Assembly (NCBI GenBank): GCA_951406725.2
Contig: OX597826.1
Location: forward strand, 67,704,001 to 67,768,000
DNA: 64,000 bases
From: Octopus vulgaris
Lineage: Eukaryota
Reading direction: 5' to 3'
The translations under genes were made by a program, and so were the position numbers. Of the stretch, positions 42,583 through 56,325 are shown in pieces; position 1 is the first letter of the stretch, and every line of letters begins with the position of its first letter. The notes beneath the pieces were generated by a model, which made no database searches, had not been told where the DNA came from, and saw only the letters and a list, made by a program, of their open reading frames with translations.

Positions 42583-42840
42583 AGGCGCATGGCTCAGTGG
42601 TTAGAGCGTTGTGCTTACGATCGTGAGGTTGTGAGTTCGAATCCCAAACCAGGCTGCGTGTTGTGTTCTTGAGCAAGACACTTTATTTCACGTTGCTCCA
42701 GTTCACTCAGCTGTAGAAATGAGTTTTGATGTCCAAGTGCCAAGCTGTATCGGCCCTTGCTTTTCCCTTGGATAAGACTGGTGGCGTGGAGAGGGGAGGC
42801 CAGTATGCATGGGTGCCTGCTGGGCTTCCATTAACAAGCT
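42583..42840 (+). mobile_element. tRNA-derived SINE family C
   Basis: tggctcagtggttagagcg A-box, gagttcgaatcc B-box, cttgagcaagacacttt core. Confidence 0.85.
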
Positions 42841-43320
42841 TATTATCTAGATAAGTTATTACCTCTTTGGTTTGCCACTGGGTCAAATAATACATTGTTC
42901 AGCTGGACGAATCAGACGCATTCTTCTCATTCTCTTGTCCAAGCTTGTTTCTCCGCGTTCGCCACTTCACCTCGTTTAGGTTTAACAGCCCTTCCTGTTT
43001 GTTTTCACTGTCCTATTTTTTGTTACCTTCGCAAAATCTTAAATTTTATTAATATTTGCTTTATGAAAACAACTGTTCTATCGAAGACGTACCTTGTTGA
43101 ATTGCTCGAGATACGGATTAAAAAACAGCCGACAACTGATGAAGGGTCGTTCGATAGGCTGCTTGTCTTGTTATCCATTTGTTTCTTTCGTTGTTGCAAA
43201 AACAGTTCATATTTCATGTATTTGTATTCGTATTTCGTATTTCATGTTTTCATTTTTTTATGTTGTTTATATTCCGTGACCTCCTGCGCCAAAATTTGCC
43301 TATATACGTATATCTGTAAG

Positions 43321-43435
<115 letters not shown>

Positions 43436-43499
43436 ATATATATGTATAGATGCATATACGCTTACATATGTGTATATGTATATACGTTTGTATATATGC

Positions 43500-43531
<32 letters not shown>

Positions 43532-43670
43532 ATGTGTGTGTACCTATGTGCGCATGGGCTTGTACAGTCATGTACAAGTATACATAAATTCGTGTATGAA
43601 TGTAATAGTTTGAATGTATTTTGTCTGTCTGTGCGTCACATGAAGAGTGTACATATTTGTCTTGTGATGC

Positions 43671-43738
<68 letters not shown>

Positions 43739-44551
43739 GCTTATTTGTCTATCTGTCTGACTTCCTGTTTACCTACACATACCTGTTTGAGCGTATAGCT
43801 ATATCAGTATGTGTAGGTCTAGGTACGTATGTATGTATGTATGTATGTATGTATGTATGTATGTATGTATGTATGTATGCATGTATGTATGTATGTATGC
43901 ATGTATACAAATGCTTGTTGATGCATCTCCTTGTTTGTGCCTATCATTTTAACTGAATCAACGTGCGTGCATTTGTGCGTATCTAAGTACGTACGTGTAA
44001 GTGTGCGTACACATGCGTGTGTGTATGTGTATCTCTGTGTATCTGTGTGTGTGTGTGTGTGTCTGTCTGTGTGTGTCTGCGCATGTCTAATACGGATACA
44101 CATTTCTGTATGTTTGAACGATACCTGTTTGAACGTGTCTGTGTATTCAATTCTGTCTGAAGCTGCATATGTGTATGCTGCGCATGCGTATGTACACGGT
44201 GCCATGTTTATCTGCTGCGTCCCGAGAACGTGCATGTGCGAATGAACGCGCGTGTGACTACATGTGTATGTTTACACACATCATTATCCATGAGCCTCAT
44301 GAATGTATTCCTCCATTAATGTCTGTGTCTTTGTATGAATATATTTATTTGTACGTGACTATGTACTTTCACCTACATATAAGGAAATATTGCGTGTTCA
44401 TGTATATACACACACACATATATATATGTGTGTGTGTGCGCGTGTGCGTGTGTGTGTGCGTGTGTGTGTATATATATATATGTTGTATTATATATATATT
44501 TATATACTGTATATTATATATATAGATATATATATATATGTATATATTTAC

Positions 44552-44586
<35 letters not shown>

Positions 44587-44699
44587 CGTATATATACATA
44601 TACATATATATATATATATATCGATATAAATATGTATACGTAAATATATACAAATATGTTTATAATTATGTAAATATATACATATATATATATGTATAT

Positions 44700-44750
<51 letters not shown>

Positions 44751-45192
44751 GATATATATACACACATACACACACATACACACACACACATATATATATA
44801 TAGATAGATAGATGGATACACCTACATACATCCATGCATATGTACGCATATCGTATAAGAGGGCGAACTTATAGTTAGTTACATACAGCAAAGGCTATGA
44901 AGAGAGCAATTGTCTAATTACGATCGCACATCAGAGTGTTTTGTGTGTGAAAGTTAAAGTAAAGGATGTATGTATGCTAGAGTCGATCACAAATTTAGAA
45001 ATGAGAAAAAATTACTGGGATGAATTCGTGACTAAATGTTAATTAGAAATAAATTTTATTTCTGTTCAATCACGATTGTCAGCCTTCTTGAACTTTCAAC
45101 GTCCGGTTTCAATGTTTCGATATGTATGCTTCTGTGTGTGTGTGTGGGTGTGTGTGAGTGTACGTATGTGCGTGCGCACGTTTGAGTGACTC

Positions 45193-45232
<40 letters not shown>

Positions 45233-45296
45233 TCTCTGAGTGAATGTGTATGTGTGAGTCTGTGAATGTGTGTGATTTAAATCTCTGTCTCCCTCC

Positions 45297-45385
<89 letters not shown>

Positions 45386-45597
45386 GTATATATGACTGTG
45401 AAAATTAAATATGTATACATATATGTAAATATATATATTTACACAAGTAAACAAGCATGTAGAAATTTGCACATAAATATTTACTGTGTGTGAATCCGAA
45501 TGAATATATGCATATGTGTGTGTCTGCATATGTGTATATGTATGCGTGTATAAGTATATATATATATATATATATACATTATATATGCATATGTATA

Positions 45598-45645
<48 letters not shown>

Positions 45646-46259
45646 ACGTAATTACGTACATAGCTATTTATCTATATATATATATCTATATCTATATATA
45701 TGCATAGATACACACGCCACACGCACATCGCCCCCCCCCCCCACTTATTTAATTTAAAGTGTCCAGTCGATTACGACTGACGAGTCTCAACAAATCGAAA
45801 CAACCAGTGTCTGAGGACCACTTGCACTGATGACTCGATTGTGATATGAATCTAGTCAATGTAGGAGAGACGCCATTTTTCCTGTTACGACATTCCACTT
45901 CAAAGCGATATTTTCTCATGGCTACAGTATTTTCCTTATATGAAATTTTTCGTTCATTTTCTTTTTAATACATCTGTTGTTGTTGTTTATGTTGCTTTTA
46001 ACGTTGATGTTATTGTTGATGATTTGGTTGTTGTTGTAGTTATTACTGAAATCCGTACAGCCTTTCGATTCTCGTCTACCTCAGAACATCATCAAATATG
46101 TAACGATGATATGACGTTGAAGTTAAGATTGATGGCTCTGCCGTGGTTAGCTTTTACTGACAGTATGTATCCACAATTGCATCGCGCAAATTACTTCTTT
46201 CTAGGCATATTTATGTATGTATGTATGTATGTATGTATGTATGTATGTATGTATGTATG

Positions 46260-46293
<34 letters not shown>

Positions 46294-47687
46294 TGGATGG
46301 ATGGATGGATGGATGGATGTACGTATGTATGCATATATATGTATGTATGTGTATGCATGTATGCAATCATGCATGCAGACATGTGTATACACGTATGTAT
46401 GTATCCATGCATGTATGTGTTAATGTATATATGTATGCATGTATGTATATATGTATGCATATATGTATGATTGCATTCATGCAGGTATGTGTGTATACAT
46501 GTATGTGTGTAAGCATGTATACGTGCATGCATGTATGTGTGTGTGCATGTGTGTGTATATATGTTCAGGTCCTCTATATCATCTTCAGCATATTCCATAA
46601 TGTATGGCGCTCACATAAACATGACCAACTACTATTCCTCATTCCAATTTGTTTCGTTTCTATAGAATATCGATAATGAGAAACGTCCAATATATTGTTC
46701 CCCAGATTGATTTTTGAAGCTGCTTCTGAATAAACTTTCGAGGTCAGATTTTCAAAAAGCGTGTTGATGTTCCAAAAAGTGTGTCACGCTTCTTTCTCAA
46801 CAGCTGTTTCGTAACTCCGCCAAAGGTTTGTTAGAAAGGCAGATCGCTGCCATACCCTTTCTATATTTCATGCCACTCAGCCTTTTTAAAAATTAGAATA
46901 TTCTTGTAAAACCTGCTTATCATCTTCGTGTATCATCCATCTCCTCCTGCCTTGCCTTCTTCCTCGGACAACCCCACCAAGCTTTTACCTCTATAAAATA
47001 CATAATCGGATAACACTAGATTATTTGCTTATGGTACACAGAAGTATAGCTGTTGTCTTCTCCGGTTGAATCTTAGTTTCTAGATTGGTAATAATGACTA
47101 GTTTAGGATGGAATATATGTCTTCATCGGTGTTGTGCAAGAGCAAATATTTCTCCTTGTTAGGATGAGATTACTTCAATCAACTTTATCTTATTAATCAG
47201 CATAGCTTTGATCTTCCGTGAGAGAAATGTTCTGAGAAAAGTGGAATGACACTGAAAGCTGGTACTTTCTGTATCACATCACAGTTGGGTCGTGTTGGTT
47301 TGGGCATTGTAGAATCTGTACACACTTAATCTTGTCCAAATGAATCATCAATTCACGTAGGCTCATACACAATTTTCCAAAATGCATTTTGTAACCGGTG
47401 TGTTTTATTCTACTTGGTCTGACAGGATGGGATTCACAAACGCGCACATTGCCCACGACACAAACTCCAATGTTCGTGCCCTATGTACCAGAATATTGAA
47501 TAAAATTGGAAACTGTCGTCTAAAACACGAGAAATACGTAAAACAACTGGAAATTGTAACACATAAAAACCCATCTACGTCAACATATGCATACATGCAC
47601 AGATAGATTGACACACATACTTAACCCAAACAAATGAATTTATTTACAAATGTACACTGATTTAACAGTGGACACACAGACACACAG

Positions 47688-47738
<51 letters not shown>

Positions 47739-47814
47739 ATTATTACTGTGGACATCATGTGGGCAGTCATCTAAAAGTTTTTGCTCTTCATGGTGCTGAC
47801 ATATGTTCCTTGTC

Positions 47815-47895
47815 TTTCCTGATGAGATGGCGGCATAATGCACCCTTTATTCCTTCGGAATTAGGAATACGCAGCCTTCGAAACATGTGTCGAGA
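47815..47895 (+). ncRNA. Type-I hammerhead ribozyme candidate with intact core
   Basis: tttc-CTGATGA-gatggcggc...gcagccttc-GAAA-catgt-GTC-gaga, inside a ~205-bp insert between (TA)n tracts. Confidence 0.65.
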
Positions 47896-47939
47896 GTAAA
47901 GGAATTTTGTTAAAATCGTCGTTCGACTCCATTCTTTCA

Positions 47940-47996
<57 letters not shown>

Positions 47997-48156
47997 ATAT
48001 ACACGGGAGAAAAGATAAAATATTTTCTCTTAATATATTTCAAATACCTTTATTCTTACAATTTGAAATGAAGACATTTGTTGGTTTCTGGTTGAAAATC
48101 CCAGTGTTCTGCACTGGAAGAGTCTGGTTAAGAGTTTATACGGTTGCGTAACACAG

Positions 48157-48341
48157 TCTGGGCACCTTGCAACTACGCTGTGACAATATCCAGCATATTG
48201 CAGAGAGTGTTTGAAGTCTCAAGGGTTCATAAAACCGACTTCGAATATTTCACTTATCTTATTAACTTTGTGCCCTTAGAAAGAGATATTTCATATTCAC
48301 GTCCTGGCGATCTTATCAATAGATTTTTGATGTACGAACTT
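48157..48341 (+). CDS. Candidate exon of an unknown protein (5' boundary uncertain)
   Basis: Open frame WAPCNYAVTISSILQRVFE...RPGDLINRFLMYEL ending at a phase-0 donor gtaaat. Confidence 0.35.
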
Positions 48342-48536
48342 GTAAATAAATGTTCATGGAAATATTGATTTATTACCGGTGGTTCATCTTTGCTTAAGTG
48401 AGCATGCGCTTTACAATAATAATATAGAAATGAATGTATCTGTACCGAATCATGAAGCGATCTCTCCCTTGCGGTATCTGAGCAACTACACCTTCTGTCA
48501 CAGATCTGATGACTGTTCCTTTTTGATTCTGTATAG

Positions 48537-48568
48537 GCTAACAAAGAATCACCCCATACATTCAAAAC
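48537..48568 (+). CDS. Candidate 32-nt mini-exon
   Basis: Acceptor ttttgattctgtatag; ANKESPHTFK(T); donor gtaagg; phase 0 to 2. Confidence 0.4.
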
Positions 48569-48765
48569 GTAAGGTTGTGATTCTGACCGAGATGTTTATA
48601 TATATATATATACTTTTATGTATTGGCTTATGTTTTTCACTGTTTGATTTGCCTAATAGTGGTTTTATCTCTAATTTAATATAATATAATATATTTATAC
48701 TATAAAATTGGATTTAATCCTAAATCTAATTTTTCCCTGTAAGTTTGGATTTATTCCCTAATATT

Positions 48766-48826
<61 letters not shown>

Positions 48827-49030
48827 AAACAAGTAAAAAATAGAAAATGCTAAGATAATTTTATAGTGAATCTTTCAGTATATATATATATATATATATC
48901 CCTCTATTGTGAACTGTGTAGCTTTGCTAAGTTTTGGAAGAAGTAATTATGCGATTCGTTGGATACCATGCTCTTGTAGGATGGGAAGAGTTCCTTTTTC
49001 AGCTTCACAATCTATATTTCTTTCATGTAG

Positions 49031-49160
49031 GGAAGTGCCTACAGAAAATGTAGAAGAAAAAAAGCAGAAAAGCAAATCAAAGCGTAGAGGGAGAAACAAG
49101 AAAAGACAGTACCTAACCTGCTCCTTTAGAAGTAAAAATTTTCCCTACATCAATCTACAG
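49031..49160 (+). CDS. Candidate internal exon with a basic K/R-rich stretch
   Basis: Acceptor atttctttcatgtag; donor CAG/gtaggc; only open frame EVPTENVEEKKQKSKSKRRGRNKKRQYLTCSFRSKNFPYINLQ; phase 2 to 0. Confidence 0.5.
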
Positions 49161-49370
49161 GTAGGCCCATCACATCAATACTGTTAGTTATCAAGATCGA
49201 TACAGACTGCTATGAGAATTTGTTCGTGTATTTGTGTTCGAGCGTGTGTATGTGTGTCAGTATGAATGCATGTGTTTGTGTGTATATGCATGTGTGTGCA
49301 TGTGTCTTTGTTTGTGAACGTGCACGCGCGCGTGTGTGGGTGTAGAATCAAATGATTACCTATCCTACAG

Positions 49371-49631
49371 TCAAGGAAATATCTCAATGCTATAGTGATT
49401 ATAGACAAAGCGGTTTATAAATCCGATTTTTGGTGTCTGTTGAAGCATTGCAGATATGAAGACGAAAGCAAAATACGTCCCACGTATTTACTGGAGAAAT
49501 CGGCATACCATGACGTCATGAGAGAATTCTATCGAAATATTGAAACGTATTATTATAGATCACGTGAAAACGGACCACAGAATGTACTAGCACCCTTTTA
49601 CGATCTCTGCGGAAGAATCGGATTAAAATGA
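49371..49631 (+). CDS. Candidate terminal coding exon
   Basis: Acceptor cctatcctacag; phase 0; 86 open codons SRKYLNAIVIIDK...MREFYRNIE...GRIGLK*; AATAAA at 49752. Confidence 0.5.
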   Translation, partial: SRKYLNAIVIIDKAVYKSDFWCLLKHCRYEDESKIRPTYLLEKSAYHDVMREFYRNIETYYYRSRENGPQNVLAPFYDLCGRIGLK

Positions 49632-49900
49632 CGTCAGTGAAATTCCTTCATTCGTCAAAATGTTGAAGTGTATCCAAGTCTTTCGCTAGTTTTCAAATCT
49701 TTAACCGGGAAAAGAAGTTTTTATTTGCAAAACGAAACTAATACTTGTATCAATAAAATGTAAACACACACACACACACACACACATGCTGAAACATAAA
49801 TGCTTTCATACATATGTGTGCGCGTGGATATGGGTGTACGGGTGGATGTGGAGACATTCATACGCACAACACGAACACACACATATATACACACATATAA

Positions 49901-49962
<62 letters not shown>

Positions 49963-49964
<2 letters not shown>

Positions 49965-50166
49965 CGGGAAGCTTTATGAAAATAAACAAAAGACGAAGGC
50001 AGGTGGAAAACAAACGAACAATTGTATTAGTATGGCGCTCAGGAAATATAAATAAAACAAGTCTTTAACGTTTCGAGCCTACGCTCTTCAACAGAAAGAT
50101 ACACAGAGAGAGAAAAACACAGAAAGAAGGAGAGAAAAAAAATGCGTGCAGTAGCTAACGAATCAA
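49963..50166 (-). mobile_element. TA-embedded element, same family as 38567, with hammerhead-like motif at 50062-50099
   Basis: Minus strand: tcttt-CTGTTGAa-gagc gtag gctc-GAA-acgT-T-aaaga. Confidence 0.7.
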
Positions 50167-50181
50167 CATATATATATGTGC

Positions 50182-50212
<31 letters not shown>

Positions 50213-50545
50213 TGTGCGTGCGTGTATGTGTGTGCATGTGTATCAGTGTGTGTGGATATTTCAGGTTATGCTACATTTGCAATTACAAGGCAGATATAAA
50301 CCCGCTGAATTCATGCTGTTTATTTTATTAAAATATTGGTATTTCAATATTTACGTGATCACTAATCTGACTTCTACCGTGATATTGCAACAACAACAAC
50401 AATCACCACAAAACGTTTTTTGGGGGGAGATAATTCTTATTCACCCCTCATAAAGAAGAGCGCTAATACTTTCTTTCAGTGTTTGAATTGAATTGTGGAT
50501 CACGCATTTCCATTGGATTAAACGTATGTAGTAGTTCACCATAAT

Positions 50546-50623
<78 letters not shown>

Positions 50624-50657
50624 TATAATTTAAGACAAACAGTAAAAGGTTGTCCTT

Positions 50658-50716
50658 ATAATACTCCGAGTTTCAAAGGTCAGAGAGAAGAGCTACGATA
50701 CATTCTTTTCAGCTAT
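50658..50716 (-). ncRNA. Degenerate hammerhead-like motif
   Basis: Minus strand: atag-CTGAAAA-...-GAA-actcggagT-A-ttat. Confidence 0.4.
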
Positions 50717-50939
50717 TAATGGCAACAAAAGATATTGAAAAAAATATTCACCAAAAGGGAAGTAACTCTAATATGTCCACCTATATATACACTCATACAG
50801 ACATGTATATGTACATACACACACAAACATATATGTATGTATGTATGTACCCGTACATACACATATTGGCACTTACATGCACACACGTAACATAATACAT
50901 ATATTCATACATATATACATATATATACATATATATATG

Positions 50940-50995
<56 letters not shown>

Positions 50996-51535
50996 CATAC
51001 ATACATACATACATACATACATACATACACGCCCTCCTATGACACAACTACACCCGTAAATATACAAACATATGCATACCTTAAACTTTAGACTCTAGAG
51101 TAAACGAAAAACTACCAAATTATCCAGTTATATATGGTTTCTAAAATATCAAGGCGTCAAATACAGGATTTACTGGAAGATCTTACCCAGGTGCAAGCAT
51201 TATACTAACGTTAGTGTCAAGTGCGGTCTTTGAAATATGGAAAGGCGGCTGATCTGGAAAAGTTCCTTACACCCCGCTACAGGTTTGAATTCAAAATGAA
51301 CTTTTTGCTTCTTGTCCATATGTCACAAAATACCTGTTACTGTTTTAGGCTCATTGTTATATAGTGGAGCAGCATTATTATATATGTTTATATTGGAGAG
51401 GTTAGAAATTTTCCTACGGTTTTTCATATCGTCTCTTACCATTAATAGCAGATGAAAATGTATGGTAGCTCTTCGCTCTGACATTTGAAACACCGAGTGC
51501 TATAATGACATCATCTTATCATTTGTTCTAAATTA

Positions 51536-52156
51536 TCTATATATATAAATTTGATATGGGCGATTCTTTCTTGAGATTCACGGTGAAACGGCTGGGTGGA
51601 ATTGCGCGAAATATTACACAGATGTGTAGAATGAACCGGTGGTGTTGCTGGGCTTTGTATTTTTTCATAGCTCCCATGGTTACCGAGATAATCTACTATA
51701 ATAATACTCTCGTGGTTTTGAATGAGAAAGGAAGAGGTAATAGATGAATAAGGAAGGGAGGGGTGATGTCATACTTGGTAGTGAGATGATGAAAATTCTA
51801 CTCTAAAAAATAAATCAAACAGCGTTTCAGCTCTATGTGAATATGTGTGTATATGTAAAAGGCGAGAGTTTGTGAATGTGTGTGTGCGTTTGTGTGTGCT
51901 TGTTTGTGTGTGTGTGTGTGCATGTGCACGCGCAATGATAGTGGATTGGTTCATCCGTGTTCGCTTATAATTTAGTTTTTTTTTTGATTTGGTTAAATAT
52001 TGGTTGTTTTTTAGTTGGTCAGCTATGTTAGCGTCGTGACAAAAATAGCCATTCTAAAATTGCTTTTTAACGTGAGCGTGCCCAAACAAGTCGAATGCTT
52101 ACACAGAACAGGTTTTATCATCCAAACCGACCAGGTAAACCGGGCTTAGCTGCTAG
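51536..52156 (+). mobile_element. Non-autonomous Helitron
   Basis: A|TCtatatatataaa start; subterminal hairpin ccaggtaaaccggg; CTAG|T end. Confidence 0.75.
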
Positions 52157-52254
52157 TAACATACATAAATAATCATCTAATTCTCTAATATCGAGGCCTC
52201 ATTGTTTTTTTCCTGTTACTGTTTATTATATGTATATATATATATACATATATG

Positions 52255-52720
52255 AAGGACTCTAACAATGGTAGATTAAAACTGCTTCTCTTAGACTCCG
52301 TGTTTAAAGGTACAAAAAACTCTAAGGGGCGCTAGTAGACATTACGATAGCTGTTTCTGCCTAGCGACGCTTTATCAGTTAGAAACACCTCTTTAACACA
52401 CACCATGTTAACAACTGCAGTTCTCATATTTAAACAGAAAACAAAATATTTGCAGGCATGCACAAAGTTATTTGAGACTGCAATTAATTAAATGCAAGGC
52501 ACAAAAACACCAGACATTAAGGTGAAACTAAGGAAATCTATATTAAACGCGCTCGTGTATACTCCAACGTAGGAAAATTATACTGAGGTATTACCATGCA
52601 GAATAAATTCTCTTAGCAGATAAAGAGTATATAAACTGATGTTGCCTTTGATGACGTAATCCGATTATAAGACACCTCTTTCTGTGTGGTTATTTCTATG
52701 AACAAATACGAATACAAGTT
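52255..52720. mobile_element. Decayed Penelope-like remnant
   Basis: Minus strand CTGATAA...GAAACAGCTATC at about 52345-52380; plus strand IKRARVYSNVGKL resembles the GIY-YIG C-terminal region. Confidence 0.35.
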
Positions 52721-52796
52721 CTTATATTCTTTACAAAGATAAAAAAGTCTTACATATAGATATATAAATATGCACACACATGTATGTTTCTAACGA

Positions 52797-52840
<44 letters not shown>

Positions 52841-52842
<2 letters not shown>

Positions 52843-53024
52843 AAAAAGCACAACAACGCGAGGACGTGGAACAAATATAGTATTATTGGACACTCAGGAA
52901 AGACGGAAAGAAGGAGGGTTTAACGTTTCGAGCGGAGCTCTTCGTCTGAAACATAGGAGAAGAAAAGATCCAGAGAAGGGAAGACAAGGGAAAAAATCGC
53001 CAACGGTACACACGAGGTCACATT

Positions 53025-53030
<6 letters not shown>
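52841..53030 (-). mobile_element. TA-embedded element with hammerhead-like motif at 52918-52952
   Basis: Minus strand: gttt-CAGACGAa-gagc tcc gctc-GAA-acgT-T-aaac. Confidence 0.65.
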
Positions 53031-53086
<56 letters not shown>

Positions 53087-53439
53087 GTATGTATGTGCAT
53101 GTGTGTATGTGTGTGTCTCTGTGTTACTTGTTGGGATGTATCTAAGTGTGTAACCACGTACCTAATCGCGTGGAAGCGTGTTTAGGTTGCAAATTAAGGA
53201 ATGCTAAATACAAAAGGGTTGGTACCTCATTTAGTTTAAAATATATATTTGGGTTTATGTAGTAAATTAATACCTAGTAAACTATAATACATACGTTTAT
53301 AATTTATAAATGCATGGATGCATATTCTATGTTAAAATACAAATGAAAATGAAAACGTAATGTTGTAGTATATTAAGCGTATGCTTCCTCAATATGCTCT
53401 TTCCAGATCGATAATAGCCCACCAGCGAGAGAAATGATT

Positions 53440-53479
<40 letters not shown>

Positions 53480-53504
<25 letters not shown>

Positions 53505-54035
53505 ATACAACATCTAAAAGGTTCTGTTTAATGATACGGGATATATATATGGCGACTTTTCGAAAATCAGACATGCACTGTTTGTTTAGATTCCAAACAT
53601 TATTTTTAAAGGAATAACGATTTTGATAGAGGCTGTTTTTAAATTGGTTCGCAATCATACGAATATAATCAATATCATTACCATTAATATCTGTGGTGAC
53701 CGTTCGCTGCCTACTTACGTGGTTTTCCCAGGCAGTTTCCATTTACTGGTTAAATTGCTTGAGATTGGCGATTGAATTTCCTTGTTTTAAAATTGAGTCA
53801 TTTGGTTTAATGCACGGTTGGAATTGTTCGTCTTTAAGATTGAATGTTACATCTAAGGACTTCATCATTTTAAAATTACTTCTGACTGTAATCATTATAT
53901 TCAGGTCGTTGAAGTGTTCGGTTCGATCTATCATGAATTTATCTTCTTGCTGCACGTTTGTATTTCAAAATAATTTCCACACCATTAACGGATAAAATTT
54001 TCTCACAACAGTCGATTAACCATTACAAGTGTACA
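53480..54035 (-). mobile_element. Penelope-like RT and GIY-YIG remnant
   Basis: ITVRSNFKMMKSLDVTFNLKDEQFQPCIKPND (PLE RT C-terminal motif), then DYIRMIANQFKNSLYQNRYSFK (YIG..FK.R..H..SF-like). Confidence 0.7.
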
Positions 54036-54067
54036 TCAAGGATAGGATATATACACTACACACACAA

Positions 54068-54114
<47 letters not shown>

Positions 54115-54299
54115 CACAAGCATATATGCATGTATGTGCATATACATAATATAGGCACTACATAATCTTCTAGATCAAAATTTTCCATTTCACATTGTAA
54201 CCGAAAATGAGAAGTAACAAAATCTACTAAACGGAATGGTAGGAAAATACTGTAATCGCTCGTAATCTCCAATCTAACGAGACGATAGTCTCGTGAAAC

Positions 54300-54338
<39 letters not shown>

Positions 54339-54346
54339 CAACTACG

Positions 54347-54418
<72 letters not shown>

Positions 54419-55158
54419 TAATATTCTTAAGGTCGCAATTTACTCACGCAGAATCTTTCAGAGCTTGTCGCTAATTTAGTTCTTAACCAAATCGGAATCA
54501 GTTAAGGTTTTTGAAGAGGGCTGGCCTCTAGCTACTTTTTAGCATTAAAAATTAAGATTACATCAAAATTTTGTAGCAACGTCATTGGGGAGTAAGTAAC
54601 GCGTCCAATCAAGTTTAGATCTAAATACCTTGTTTAATTTTAAAAGTAAAATATATTTATCTTAGCTTCGATGGTAGAAGCATTAAAACTTTTATAGTTT
54701 TGGTCTCCTGCAACGAAAATTTGAATAAAAAAGGTTGTGAGGTAAAACATCATGAAAAAGACATATAAGGCAAAAATTTGGATTTAATTATAATCAACTT
54801 TTTCTTATATTTTAAAAAACAAGCTATATTTGAATTAAGTTTAAATGATAGAGCTGAATTCTAGGAATTCCATGGTATCAATCTGATGCAATACAGTTTT
54901 AAAAGAAAAAAACCAATGAGTGTTTGTTTCTCGAATTTGAGGGTGATAATATAGTTCTATACTTTTATGAATATAGTGCTAAAAGGGGACTTTTATATAT
55001 GACACCTGCCTCATTGAGGTAAGGAGAAAATTATCAACGACACCGCTAATTGACATTCTTGACACATTATTAATTGGCATAATAGCATAGCCTGGAAAAA
55101 AACATGGATTACATGGAAAAATACGAGCAAGAGAAATATTATTCTTAAGATTCGAAAC

Positions 55159-55842
55159 TTGGCAATTTAGAGGACAAGTTATTACTGAACAAGAACATTT
55201 TTACTTCAAATATTGCAGCTTAGGATAAAATTTGACTATTAAAAATTATTTGATTTTTAATTTACAAAGTAACATTATAATGAAAAAATGTGCCATCATT
55301 TCGTTGAAATATTGACACACTGGAATGAGAGCCAGAACTAGTTTTATGCCAAGTAGAATAGTATATATGGCAGGTAAATTCATTATGTAAAAAATAGGTA
55401 CTGGGTCAAGACTAAATATGTGAAGACTTGGCAATAACTCAAGCAAATTTTACTGTGAATTTGTTGTTATAGGTAGATTTTACTATAATATATAACTAAT
55501 AATTTTATTATTCTATTTATTGTACTAGCTAATTATGTACTACTATTATTTTTTATAACCTATTTTCAAATCTTTGATTTTTAATTAATAATTTTGAAAA
55601 GCGAATTTTTTAAAGTGCCAAAAATATTTTAATTGAGTTATTTTTTATTTTTTTCATAGAAATAACAAGTAATAAAAAATAGAAGTAATAACTTGTAAAA
55701 AAAAATTAATTTTAATAAAAGCTAATATTTTCTAAATCTAAATATGTTATTTGAAATTTTATCCTTAGCTGCAATATTTTAAGTAAAAACATTTTTGTTC
55801 TGTACTTTACCAGATGTAATAACTCGTCTTGAATTTTCCAAG
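55159..55842. mobile_element. Old non-autonomous TIR DNA transposon
   Basis: ttttacttcaaatattgcagcttaggataaaattt (~55200) is inverted at ~55755-55790; the match extends to cttgg/ccaag ends. Confidence 0.65.
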
Positions 55843-56102
55843 CGTAATAACTAGTTCTAAGCAATCCCTAGCGAGACTGTTGGATGCACACGTCTCGGAG
55901 CAACTTTTTACTCTTCAGCTTCACACTCTGGAAGAGGGAGGCGTGATGAACTGACTTATAGATCTTTCTCATTACAGTCATCGTACAGCGTCTAGTTATG
56001 CTAATCAGAGATTCTGCCGATTTTCTTTATTCATAACAATGCTTCATGTATTTTATTAGGGCAAATTCGCCATTTAGCAAAAATGTGAGGAAGCCTGTCA
56101 TA

Positions 56103-56325
56103 TGTTTGTGTGTGTGCGTGTGCGCGCTTATTTGTATTTATATTTGTTCTCCACCCACCGCTTGGCAACGACGGTTGCTTACGTCCACGTGACTTAGCAG
56201 TTCGGCAAGCTATACCGATTTATAAAAAATGTACAGGTGTTGATTTTTTAGGCTAAGCCCATCAACGCGGTGCCCCCCGCAAGACCGCAATTCCAACCAA
56301 TAACTGAGACGATTAAAAGGTAAAA
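56103..56325 (+). mobile_element. SINE family A, old 3' part
   Basis: caccgcttggcaac...ttacgtcc...acttagcagttcggcaa. Confidence 0.6.

Noticed and set aside
42583-42655. tRNA gene
   Set aside because: A and B boxes are present, but the acceptor stem is not intact and the sequence continues into a SINE body
43136-43165. CTGATGAAGGG hammerhead start
   Set aside because: No downstream GAAA or stem III
46570-47270. LINE endonuclease/RT remnant
   Set aside because: Only faint motif echoes; too decayed to support a call
47382-47606. Additional exon of the 48-49 kb gene
   Set aside because: Open frames on both strands, and no unambiguous phase-compatible splice pair could be fixed
53375-53443. 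Gypsy-like VKSFLSLVGYYR fragment on the minus strand
   Set aside because: About 12 residues with no supporting context
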